A DNA stretch of 24,000 nt from Oscillospiraceae bacterium (GTDB lineage: Bacteria > Bacillota > Clostridia > Oscillospirales > JAVBQB01), in assembly GCA_963678505.2 (NCBI GenBank), contig CAXXFP010000010.1, positions 78,775 through 102,774 on the forward strand, in the 5' to 3' direction. The position numbers and the translations under genes were made by a program. The first letter of the stretch is position 1, and each line of letters starts with the position of its first letter. Positions 15,918 through 24,000 of the stretch are shown here, piece by piece. Under the pieces are notes generated by a model that saw nothing but the letters and a program-made list of their open reading frames with translations, had not been told where the DNA came from and did not search any database.

Positions 15918-15941
15918 TGTAATCCCCCTTTAGTTTTGCGT

Positions 15942-16091
15942 TTAGCCGCCGTTTTTTTCGTGTCCTCCGTCATGCTTGCCGATTTTATGACCGTTTATAA
16001 GACCCGCATCCGCGTTTTCCTTCGGATTGATCTTTCTCAGCTCAGGGTTGCTTTTGCGCCTGTCTCTTATCCTGTTTTTGTTGTTATTCAC
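15942..16091 (-). CDS. Small basic hypothetical protein (49 aa, GTG start)
   Basis: My own translation: (M)NNNKNRIRDRRKSNPELRKINPKENADAGLINGHKIGKHDGGHEKNGG. AGGA upstream. Ends 24 nt before the HMA-like start. Low complexity, so weakly supported. Confidence 0.3.
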   Translation of the reverse strand: MNNNKNRIRDRRKSNPELRKINPKENADAGLINGHKIGKHDGGHEKNGG

Positions 16092-16522
16092 AGTGTTTTC
16101 CTTTCGTTTACATGGCTTTATGCGCCTTATTAGTATTTAATAAACCATCGGATTTATTCAGATATGCCGTCAGGAATTTGTGGATGCCGTTAATAATTTC
16201 CCAAGTACACGAGTTAATTCGTATTTGAAATTCTGTTAGTTGGAGCGGCTGCGGATCTTCGTGCGAACTGAAAAAAAATAAAAATTATTTTCTTTCGGAT
16301 ATTCTATATAATGTTTTATTTCATCCTGCCGATATATATACCGAAAGACTATGAACCTGCGGAGATATGTGACTGAAAATGCAGCCGGTTGGGTTCAGAA
16401 CATTTTTGTTTACGTTTTCTGATTTGACGTCGAATAGACAACTTTAATATCCGCCGCGCGATGCCCCGGCGGCAGCAAGCCTTTTTCGCACAATGAAATA
16501 CAAATGATTGGTTGGGTGACTG

Positions 16523-18337
16523 TTGAATAAGAAAGCTGGTTTGCAGATCAGCAAGGAGACGCAGCTTGAATATGCAATGAGATGTCTGGCCAATAACCCC
16601 GACGGGGTATTCTGGTCAGACTCAAACGGCGTTATTGTCTATGTAAACAACGCCGCGTGCAAGGAACTGGGCTATTCCAAAGAAGAACTGCTCGCGATGA
16701 AGATTTCTGATTTTGATGTTACTCTTTTCGAGTGCGATTTGAAAGCCGACAGCCCGTTTATTCAGGCGACCTCCAGCGGTCAAATCGCTCGAATGAATAC
16801 CGTGCACCGGCACCGTGACGGACATCTGATTCCGGTTGAAATAACAATGGGAGTGCTTGAGGAAGAAAAAGCCTCCCTGGGTTTCAGCTTTGTTCGCAAT
16901 ATGTCAGAACATATGGGTGCGGAAGATAAGCTCAAAGAGGCGTATAAGGACCTGGAAAGGAACAACGTCGAGCTGGGCCGGCTTTATCACGACCTGACTG
17001 CAAGGGAAGAACAGCTCAAGCATCTTGCCTATCATGACACCTTAACGGGGCTTCCCAACAGAACCCTTCTTATGGAGGATCTCCAGCGGATCACAAAAGT
17101 CACTGAGGACAAGTCTGTAAGAACAGCGGTGCTTTTTATTGACCTTGACAATTTTAAAAATATCAACGATGGCTTGGGACACAGCGTGGGCGATGTGATC
17201 TTAATTGAGGCCGGGCAGAGAATGCAGAGCAATCTGCGCAAAACGGATATTATTTATCGTTTCGGGGGCGATGAATTCATTGTTCTGTTGCAGGATGTCG
17301 GTTCCTTTGATGAGATCGCACAGCTGGCGGACCGGATTTCAAAATGCCTGGTGGCTCCGTTTAAAATTGACATGATTTCCATCTATCTGACCTGCAGTAT
17401 CGGCGTTTCGGTTTTTCCGGAACATGCCGCGTTTCCGGAAGAGCTGCTGATGTATGCGGATGCGTCGATGTACAAGGCCAAAACCAACGGGAAAGACCGT
17501 GTTCAGTTTTTTAACCTGGAGCTTAAAAAAGAGGTTATCAATAAAATCGAACTGCAGAACAAGCTCAGGCAGGCAATACTCAATCAGGAGCTTTATTTAA
17601 ACTATCAGCCTCAGTTTAACCGCATGACCGGGCAAATCAGAGGGATTGAGGCGCTTATCCGATGGGAAAATCCGCATTTGGGCAATATCAGCCCGAATGT
17701 GCTCATCCCCATTGCCGAAGAAATGGGCTTTATTGTTCCGATCGGAGAATGGGTTTTACGGCAGGCCTGCTATGATGCGTTCAGGTGGGAAAAGGAGTAT
17801 CAGTTTGACGGGTATATATCGGTCAATGTTTCCACAAAGCAGCTGCGAAATTCAGATTTTATCAAAACAGTCAAAGAAACAATTGCTGTGACCGGGCTAA
17901 ACCCGGCACGCCTCGAGCTTGAAATCACAGAAAGCGTTTTTATTGATTCCTTTGAGTCGACTGTGGAAAAACTTCTGGAACTGAAAAGCATGGGCGTGCG
18001 TATTTGTCTGGACGACTTCGGTACGGGGTATTCTTCTTTGGGCTATCTGATACAACTGCCCATTGATACGCTGAAAATCGATAAGGCTTTTATTGAACAG
18101 AGTCAGGCTGATTCCAATAAGAAAAATATCACGGGAGCAATTGTTTCCATGATGTCCGATCTGGGAATAGAAACGATTGCGGAAGGCGTCGAAACGCAGG
18201 AACAGTTCGACTATATAATGAACACTAAAACCGGTAATTTTCAGGGATATTTGCTGAGCAGACCGGTTTTGGAAGAGGTTGTGGGACGAATCCTGCAAAA
18301 AAACGGTCAGGGAGTACGCTTTAACGGAATGATTTAG
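16523..18337 (+). CDS. PAS-GGDEF-EAL signalling protein (diguanylate cyclase/phosphodiesterase)
   Basis: PAS (VHRHRDGHLIPVEI). GGDEF intact (RFGGDEF) with an RxxD I-site (RKTD) 5 residues upstream. EAL intact (EALIRW, DDFGTGYSSL, EGVET). TTG start 16523 is uncertain; in-frame ATG 16577 is the alternative. Confidence 0.9.
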   Translation: MNKKAGLQISKETQLEYAMRCLANNPDGVFWSDSNGVIVYVNNAACKELGYSKEELLAMKISDFDVTLFECDLKADSPFIQATSSGQIARMNTVHRHRDGHLIPVEITMGVLEEEKASLGFSFVRNMSEHMGAEDKLKEAYKDLERNNVELGRLYHDLTAREEQLKHLAYHDTLTGLPNRTLLMEDLQRITKVTEDKSVRTAVLFIDLDNFKNINDGLGHSVGDVILIEAGQRMQSNLRKTDIIYRFGGDEFIVLLQDVGSFDEIAQLADRISKCLVAPFKIDMISIYLTCSIGVSVFPEHAAFPEELLMYADASMYKAKTNGKDRVQFFNLELKKEVINKIELQNKLRQAILNQELYLNYQPQFNRMTGQIRGIEALIRWENPHLGNISPNVLIPIAEEMGFIVPIGEWVLRQACYDAFRWEKEYQFDGYISVNVSTKQLRNSDFIKTVKETIAVTGLNPARLELEITESVFIDSFESTVEKLLELKSMGVRICLDDFGTGYSSLGYLIQLPIDTLKIDKAFIEQSQADSNKKNITGAIVSMMSDLGIETIAEGVETQEQFDYIMNTKTGNFQGYLLSRPVLEEVVGRILQKNGQGVRFNGMI

Positions 18338-18522
18338 CAGGCGCGAGGGGGGCCGCGAGGCTTGCGGCTCAGGCCTTGGGACGCTGCGATTGTGCAAGCG
18401 CAGTAAACTGCCAAAGAAAAAGCGGGTATCCCCGCGTAAATGCCCTGTTTTCGGCGGACCGTCAGTGGCCGCAGCCGGAAGGCGGAATCGGGCGCGCGCA
18501 GCGTAGGTAAGGATAAAAACAC

Positions 18523-18551
18523 TTGCAATTTCCATATAACTGTGCTAATAT
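18523..18551 (+). promoter_or_regulatory. Candidate rpmE promoter
   Basis: TTGCAA (18523-18528), 17-nt spacer ending in TGc (extended -10), TAATAT (18546-18551). Confidence 0.55.
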
Positions 18552-18664
18552 TTTTTTGCTGTCTTTATAAGGCATCATTGTAATGTCTTTTGGCACGCGG
18601 GCGTATCTATACAGCCCGGCGTTTATGATAGCAAGATCAGCAACCGGAGAAAGAGGTGAATATG

Positions 18665-18868
18665 ATGAAAGAAGGCATCCATCCCAACTACACGCAGACC
18701 ACCATTAAATGTGCCTGCGGCGAGGTTATAGAAACGGGTTCTACCAAGCAGAATTTACGCGTTGAAATCTGCTCGAAGTGTCACCCCTTTTATACCGGTA
18801 AACAGAAACTGGTGGACACCGGCGGACGCGTTGACCGCTTTAAAAAGAAATTCGGCATCGATAAATAA
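18665..18868 (+). CDS. rpmE: 50S ribosomal protein L31 (Zn-ribbon type A)
   Basis: [10 protein letters not shown]-terminus, CxC...CxxC cysteines, [14 protein letters not shown] 8 nt upstream of ATG 18665. Confidence 0.9.
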   Translation: MKEGIHPNYTQTTIKCACGEVIETGSTKQNLRVEICSKCHPFYTGKQKLVDTGGRVDRFKKKFGIDK

Positions 18869-18967
18869 TGTCCGCACGAATCAATCACAATGCGATTGCT
18901 TCGCACGGTATTTAGCCGCGCCGCGGAATCACAGAGACGGTGAAACGCGATCAAGGCACATAATTAG

Positions 18968-18999
18968 GCAGCTGGCAATAAAATATGCCGGCTGCTTTT
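18968..18999 (+). terminator. Intrinsic terminator after rpmE
   Basis: 9-bp stem GCAGCTGGC/GCCGGCTGC (one G-U pair) followed by TTTTGTGTTTATT. Confidence 0.7.
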
Positions 19000-19151
19000 G
19001 TGTTTATTGTTATTATTGCTTAAAGAATATTAATTTTTCGTTAAATTTTGACATCAAAGATATTGTAATAAACAGGTAAATATTTTAATATATAGAGTAT
19101 ACTGTTTCTTTGTGGAATTATCCTGAATGTTGTCGAAAAAGGAAGGCCGCT

Positions 19152-19724
19152 ATGCAAGCTCTCAAAGACAGGATTTTAAAGGACGGCCGGGTAAAGGGCG
19201 GGGATGTGCTCAAGGTCGACAGTTTTTTGAACCATCAGCTCGATATTGGGTTTTACAACCTGATCGGTCAGGAATTTAACCGCATATTTTCCGGCACGGA
19301 GGTCACTAAGATCCTCACTATTGAGGCGTCGGGCATCGGGATTGCCTGCATCACCGCCCAGTATTTTAACGTGCCGGTTCTTTTTGCCAAAAAAGCCAAA
19401 TCCAAAAACCTGGACGGGCAGCTCCTTGTCAGCCAGGTCTATTCCTATACGTATCAGAACACATATGATATTACTGTCGAAAAAAGATTCCTGTCAAAGG
19501 ATGACAGGGTACTTATTATTGATGATTTCCTTGCCCGCGGGGCTGCCGCGCGCGGGCTCATTGACCTTGTCAATCAAGCCGGGGCCAAGCTTGCCGGCGT
19601 GGGAATCGTGATTGAAAAAGGATTTCAGGAGGGCGGCAGGACGCTGCGTGACAGCGGCGTGCGCGTGGAGTCGCTTGCCGTTATTGACTCCATGGATGAA
19701 AATCAGATCGTTTTTCGGGACTGA
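19152..19724 (+). CDS. xpt: Xanthine phosphoribosyltransferase
   Basis: MQALKDRILKDGRVKGGDVLKVDSFLNHQLD N-terminus and PRPP-binding loop VLIIDDFLARGAA. AAGGAAGG upstream of ATG 19152. Confidence 0.9.
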   Translation: MQALKDRILKDGRVKGGDVLKVDSFLNHQLDIGFYNLIGQEFNRIFSGTEVTKILTIEASGIGIACITAQYFNVPVLFAKKAKSKNLDGQLLVSQVYSYTYQNTYDITVEKRFLSKDDRVLIIDDFLARGAAARGLIDLVNQAGAKLAGVGIVIEKGFQEGGRTLRDSGVRVESLAVIDSMDENQIVFRD

Positions 19725-19805
19725 CCGTGTTTGTAAGCGCCGGCAGATTCCCCATCTGCGTGACGCTGACATAAAAAGCCAACAAAAAAACAGGAGGAAT
19801 TATAC

Positions 19806-20969
19806 GTGAACAAAAGACTTACAGCTATTTTTGTCGCGACATTTCTGGTCATGGCCTTATTTGCAGGCTGCGCCGCTCCGGACGCTCAGCCGAGTGCGTC
19901 CCCGGCAGAATCCGCCGCACCGTCAGTCCAGCCCAGCGCAGAGCCGGTGGCCGCGGGCATACCGGCCGATAAATTGAAGGTCGGCTTTGTGTACATCGGC
20001 ACGGTCGGCGACATGGGGTATAACTACGCGCATGACCTGGGCCGCAAGGCGCTTGAAGAGCAGCTCGGCGTCAAAACAGTTTTCGTTGAAAACGTTCCCG
20101 AAAACTCCGACTGTGAAAAAACGATCCGCGACCTGATCGATCAGGGCTGCAACGTGATCTACGCCACCAGCTTCGGTCATGGCCAGTGGGCCATGAAGGT
20201 TGCCAAGGATCATCCCGAAGTCTATTTCGGACATGCCACCGGCAGCGACACCGCCGACAACCTTTCCACTTACATGGGCAAAATTGAGCAGCCCCGCTAT
20301 CTTTCCGGTATCGCGGCGGGCATGAAGACGACCTCGAAAAAAATCGGGTATGTCGCTGCGATGCCTATCCCGGAAGTTATCCGCGGCATCAACGCCTTTA
20401 CGCTTGGCGTACGCTCCGTAAATCCGGACGCCACCGTCGAGGTCATCTGGACCAACACCTGGTTTGACCCGGCGCTTGAAAAACAGGCGGCTCTGGAGCT
20501 GATCAACAAGGGCTGCGACGTGATCGCCCAGCACTGCGACTCCACCGCCGCGCAGCTTGCGGCTCAGGAAAAAGGCGTTTTTGCCGTCGGCTACAATTCG
20601 GCCACTTTTGACGCGGCGCCGAAAGCCTATCTGACCGCTCCGCTGTTTAACTGGTCGGCTTTTTATGTAAACGATGTGAAGAGCATCATGGACGGCACAT
20701 GGAAATCCCGTCATTACTGGGAAGGCATGAACGACGACACGGTCAAGCTCGACGCGCTTTCCGTCAACTGCGCAGAGGGGACGAGCGATAAGGTTAAAGA
20801 GATGGAAGACAAAATGAAATCCGGCGAGTTTATCATCTTCTCCGGCCCGATTAAGGATAATACAGGTAAGGAAATGGTCGCCGCGGGCGCCGCGATGACC
20901 GATGACGAAGTCTGGTCGATGAGCTGGTTTGTCGAAGGCGTGATCGGGACTGTTCCCAAACAATCCTAA
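19806..20969 (+). CDS. BMP-family (PnrA/Med-like) ABC transporter substrate-binding lipoprotein, probably for nucleosides
   Basis: Signal peptide with lipobox LFAGC, Ser/Pro/Ala-rich linker, and a BMP-family-like body (GFVYIGTVGDMGYNYAH...). GTG start with AGGAGG upstream. Confidence 0.9.
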   Translation: MNKRLTAIFVATFLVMALFAGCAAPDAQPSASPAESAAPSVQPSAEPVAAGIPADKLKVGFVYIGTVGDMGYNYAHDLGRKALEEQLGVKTVFVENVPENSDCEKTIRDLIDQGCNVIYATSFGHGQWAMKVAKDHPEVYFGHATGSDTADNLSTYMGKIEQPRYLSGIAAGMKTTSKKIGYVAAMPIPEVIRGINAFTLGVRSVNPDATVEVIWTNTWFDPALEKQAALELINKGCDVIAQHCDSTAAQLAAQEKGVFAVGYNSATFDAAPKAYLTAPLFNWSAFYVNDVKSIMDGTWKSRHYWEGMNDDTVKLDALSVNCAEGTSDKVKEMEDKMKSGEFIIFSGPIKDNTGKEMVAAGAAMTDDEVWSMSWFVEGVIGTVPKQS

Positions 20970-20989
20970 GTTTTCGGCTTTAAAAGAAC

Positions 20990-21022
20990 CGATCGTGTGA
21001 AAACAGCGTTTTCACACGATCG
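20990..21022 (+). terminator. Intercistronic 15-bp hairpin after the binding-protein gene (partial terminator or mRNA stabiliser)
   Basis: CGATCGTGTGAAAAC-agc-GTTTTCACACGATCG followed by TGCTTTTA. Confidence 0.5.
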
Positions 21023-21099
21023 TGCTTTTACGGGCCCGGCAGGGACGCGGTTTGCGTTCTTGCCGGGCATCCGTTAAGTCTAATGTTGTGGAGGGCGTT

Positions 21100-22635
21100 A
21101 TGCAAAACGAAAGCGGCGCGTATATTGAGCTTCGAGGCATAACAAAATCCTTCGGTGGCATTTTAGCCAACGACGGGATCGATCTGACGGTTTCAAAGGG
21201 CGAAATCCATGCGCTGCTCGGAGAAAACGGTTCAGGCAAGTCTACGCTTGTCAACATGCTTTCAGGCATCTACAGCCCGGACGCGGGAGAAATCCTGCTG
21301 GAGGGACAAAAACTGACGATATCCTCGCCGAAGGATGCCATTATGGCGGGCATCGGCATGGTGCATCAGCATTTTAAGCTCATTGACGTGCTGACGGCCA
21401 GAGAAAACATTATTGTAGGGCAGGCCGGCGGCTTTTTTATCGAAGGGAAAAAACTCTCCGCGCAGATCAAGGCCCTGGCCGGAAAATACGGACTGAAAAT
21501 CGAACCGGACAAAAAGGTCTATAATATGTCGGTCGGCGAAAAGCAGACGGTGGAGATCCTCAAGGTTCTGTACCGGGGGGCAAATCTGCTGATCCTTGAT
21601 GAACCGACCGCTGTTTTAACCCCGCAGGAGATTAAAGGACTTTTTGACATCCTGCGGAAAATGAAAGCCGCCGGCTGCGCCATCATTATCATTACGCACA
21701 AAATAAATGAGGTGATGGAAATCAGCGACAGGATCACCGTGCTGCGCCGCGGGAAGAGCATACAGACGGTGGAAACCGACAAGACGACGCCGCACGAGTT
21801 GACCGAGATGATGGTCGGGCGCCCGATTTCCCTTGAAATCGAGCGCGCACAGGCGGACGAGTCGGTGAAAACGCCGCTGCTGACAGTGGACCGCCTGACC
21901 GTGATATCGCCTGATGGGGCAAAACGGCTCGACGAGGTGAGCTTTACATTGACGGGCGGGGAAATTCTGGGGATTGCCGGAATTGCCGGCAGCGGACAAA
22001 AGGAACTTTGCGAGACCATCGTCGGCTTGCAGAAGGCCGCGTCTGGCAGTGTGATTTTTATAGGCAGTAAAATACTGGGTATGTCGCCGCGTGAAATCAT
22101 CAAAAAGGGCGTCAGCATGTCCTTTATTCCGGAGGACAGGCTGGGAATGGGCCTGGTTGCCGGCATGGATATCACCGATAACGTGCTTTTGAAAGCCTAT
22201 CAGAACATGCCAGGCTTCTTCATAAACAGGGAAATCGGCAAAAAGATGGCCAAGGACATCATTGGGAAATTTGATATCAGCACACAGGGCGTAGACCAGC
22301 CGGTTAAGAACCTGTCCGGGGGCAACATCCAAAAGGTGCTGCTTGGACGTGAAATACAGCTGAGCCCCAGCCTGCTCATTGCCGGATACCCTGTCAGGGG
22401 GCTGGATATCGGCGCGTCTTACGGGGTATACGATGTGCTCAACGAGCAGAAAAAAAAGGGTGTCGGAGTTTTATATGTCGGCGAGGACCTGGACGTGCTG
22501 CTTGAGCTTTGCGACCGGATCATGGTACTCAGTCAGGGCAGGGTCATTGACATTGTAGACGCGCGTGAAACGACCAAAGAGGATATCGGGCTGATGATGT
22601 TCGGCCAACAGGTCGGCGGGAAGGGCGGCAATTGA
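21100..22635 (+). CDS. ABC transporter ATP-binding protein with duplicated ATPase domains
   Basis: Walker A GENGSGKST and GIAGSGQKE. Signature-like MSVGEKQ and LSGGNIQK. Start trimmed to ATG 21100, which has GGAGGG upstream. Confidence 0.9.
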   Translation: MQNESGAYIELRGITKSFGGILANDGIDLTVSKGEIHALLGENGSGKSTLVNMLSGIYSPDAGEILLEGQKLTISSPKDAIMAGIGMVHQHFKLIDVLTARENIIVGQAGGFFIEGKKLSAQIKALAGKYGLKIEPDKKVYNMSVGEKQTVEILKVLYRGANLLILDEPTAVLTPQEIKGLFDILRKMKAAGCAIIIITHKINEVMEISDRITVLRRGKSIQTVETDKTTPHELTEMMVGRPISLEIERAQADESVKTPLLTVDRLTVISPDGAKRLDEVSFTLTGGEILGIAGIAGSGQKELCETIVGLQKAASGSVIFIGSKILGMSPREIIKKGVSMSFIPEDRLGMGLVAGMDITDNVLLKAYQNMPGFFINREIGKKMAKDIIGKFDISTQGVDQPVKNLSGGNIQKVLLGREIQLSPSLLIAGYPVRGLDIGASYGVYDVLNEQKKKGVGVLYVGEDLDVLLELCDRIMVLSQGRVIDIVDARETTKEDIGLMMFGQQVGGKGGN

Positions 22636-23723
22636 TGTTTAAAATTGTAAAGAAAACCGAGCTTCCTGCACTCCAGTCGGCGCTTCTGCGCTTCGGTGCG
22701 GCGGTATGCGCGCTGATTGCCGCGTCGCTGATTATGCTGATACTGGGGTATAATCCGTTTCTGGTATACGCCAAAATTGCCGAGGGCTCGGCGGGCACGC
22801 TCTACCGTATCACGGAAACCATCAACAAGACCATTCCGCTGGTCGTTATGTCGCTGGGCATCGCGGTGGCCTTTAAGATGAAATTCTGGAACATCGGGGC
22901 TGAGGGTCAGTTTTATATGGGGGCTTTTGCCGCGGCGTATGTTGCCTTTACGCTGCCCGGTCTGCCCGCTTATATCCTGATTCCGCTGATGATGCTGGCG
23001 TCGATCCTTTTCGGCGGACTGTGGGCGCTCATCGCGGCGCTCCTGAAAACAAAATTTGGCACCAGCGAGACACTGGTCACGCTGATGCTCAACTATATCG
23101 CGATCAAATGGATCACCTATCTGCAGTACGGCCCGTGGCGGGACCCGAAGGCAAGCGGCTTCCCGCGCATGAGCCGCTTTGTGGACGCGGCCGTGCTGCC
23201 TGAGCTGTTTGGCGTGCATATTGGCTGGATCGTCACGCTGGTGCTGGCCGTCCTGATCTACGTGCTGATGAAGGACACAAAGCTTGGCTATGAAATCTCG
23301 GTGATCGGTGAAAGCGAGGCCACAGCGCGCTACGCGGGCATAAGTGTGGTGAAAACGGTGCTTATTTCCATGCTTATAAGCGGCGGCCTGTGCGGGCTTG
23401 CGGGCATGATGCAGGCGTCCGCGATCGAAGGCTCGCTGTCGGATCAAATGTCCGGCGGGTTGGGCTTTACCGCCATCATCACCACCTGGCTTGCCCGGCT
23501 TAGCCCGCCGATGGTGCTTGTGGTATCGTTCCTGTTTGCCATGCTGCTGCAGGGCGGCTCATATATACAAAGCGCGCTGCAGATACCGTCCGCTGTGGTG
23601 GAGATATTGCAGGGAAGTATCCTGTTTTTTGTGCTGGGCAGTGAATTCTTTATTCAGTATCGAGTGGTTTTTGATGCTGCCCGCTCTAAAAAGGGCGCGT
23701 CCGGAAAGAAGGGGGATGCCTGA
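22632..23723 (+). CDS. ABC transporter permease (BMP-system type)
   Basis: 363-aa polytopic membrane protein. Start overlaps the ATPase stop. Confidence 0.9.
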   Translation: MMFKIVKKTELPALQSALLRFGAAVCALIAASLIMLILGYNPFLVYAKIAEGSAGTLYRITETINKTIPLVVMSLGIAVAFKMKFWNIGAEGQFYMGAFAAAYVAFTLPGLPAYILIPLMMLASILFGGLWALIAALLKTKFGTSETLVTLMLNYIAIKWITYLQYGPWRDPKASGFPRMSRFVDAAVLPELFGVHIGWIVTLVLAVLIYVLMKDTKLGYEISVIGESEATARYAGISVVKTVLISMLISGGLCGLAGMMQASAIEGSLSDQMSGGLGFTAIITTWLARLSPPMVLVVSFLFAMLLQGGSYIQSALQIPSAVVEILQGSILFFVLGSEFFIQYRVVFDAARSKKGASGKKGDA

Positions 23724-24000
23724 TGGATGATTTTATTTTGACTGCAAGCCTGTTTTTACAAACGGCGGCGCAAATGGGGACCCCTATCCTGCTTGCCACG
23801 CTGGGCGGGATTCTGGGCGAAAAGGTTGGACACCTCAACCTGGGGGTTGAGGGGATGATGCTTATGGGCGCGGTCATGGGCTTTCTTGCCGGGGTCGGCA
23901 CGAAAAATCCTTTTCTTGCCGTGCTTTGTGCCGGACTTGCGGGCGCTTTCGGCGCTTTGATTTATGCCTTTGTAACGGTAACCCTGCGCGGCAACCATGT
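23723..24000 (+). CDS. Second ABC transporter permease (5' partial, continues beyond the window)
   Basis: ATG overlaps the previous stop (ATGA). My translation MDDFILTASLFLQTAAQMGTPILLATLGGILGEKVGHLNLGVEGMMLMGAVMGF... is typical of the paired permease. No stop before the window end. Confidence 0.8.
   Translation, partial: MDDFILTASLFLQTAAQMGTPILLATLGGILGEKVGHLNLGVEGMMLMGAVMGFLAGVGTKNPFLAVLCAGLAGAFGALIYAFVTVTLRGNH

Noticed and set aside
15549-16133. 194-aa + strand ORF
   Set aside because: It is antisense to the HMA-like gene and both small ORFs. Its Phe/Leu/Val-rich sequence is the AT-rich antisense translation, and it has no SD.
17897-18535. 212-aa minus-strand ORF over the end of the GGDEF-EAL gene and the downstream GC-rich spacer
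   Set aside because: It is antisense to the well-supported EAL domain and shows no motifs.
19000-19151. Purine (guanine) riboswitch upstream of xpt, as in the Bacillus xpt-pbuX operon
   Set aside because: The upstream region is AT-rich promoter-like DNA with only a ~50-nt leader. I found no three-way-junction aptamer or conserved purine-riboswitch core.
19923-20963. 346-aa minus-strand ORF over the BMP lipoprotein gene
   Set aside because: It is a shadow ORF. The + strand product has a signal peptide, a lipobox and family-typical sequence.
21519-23447. Minus-strand ORFs of 218, 238 and 304 aa over the ABC ATPase and permease genes
   Set aside because: They are antisense to genes with Walker and signature motifs and TM topology, and show high-GC shadow composition.
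1-24000. CRISPR arrays, IS elements or transposases, rRNA genes
   Set aside because: I scanned for regularly spaced repeats, terminal inverted repeats with a transposase ORF, and rRNA-like sequence, and found none. The only mobile signature is the tRNA-Thr island.

Overview
High-GC (about 58-60% by eye) Clostridia-like chromosomal segment, mostly ordinary housekeeping genes on the + strand. Gene order: recA-recX-rimO-pgsA; a Cys T-box leader with cysE-cysS; a NUDIX hydrolase; polA; an LMW phosphatase with rimI-tsaD; mscL; tRNA-Thr(CGU); a minus-strand cluster (two tiny basic ORFs, an HMA-like protein, an HD hydrolase); a PAS-GGDEF-EAL protein; rpmE; xpt; and a BMP-family (nucleoside-type) ABC transporter that runs off the window end. 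The one clearly accessory region is a ~1.6 kb AT-rich fossil integrative island in the 3' end of tRNA-Thr, bounded by an exact 55-bp direct repeat (12937-12991 and 14515-14569). It holds a decayed tyrosine-integrase fragment and an intact-looking cassette: consensus-like promoters, then a ~150-190 nt GC-rich structured untranslated segment (or a 43-codon ORF), then a strong 15-bp terminator hairpin, then a 190-aa low-GC ORF. From memory, that ORF resembles PBECR4/BECR-fold nucleases. The promoter-RNA-terminator-nuclease layout matches type III toxin-antitoxin or abortive-infection modules, but the RNA has no tandem repeats. This is my best candidate for an undescribed system. No CRISPR array, IS element or transposase was seen. 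All family calls rest on motif recognition by eye, with no database search.
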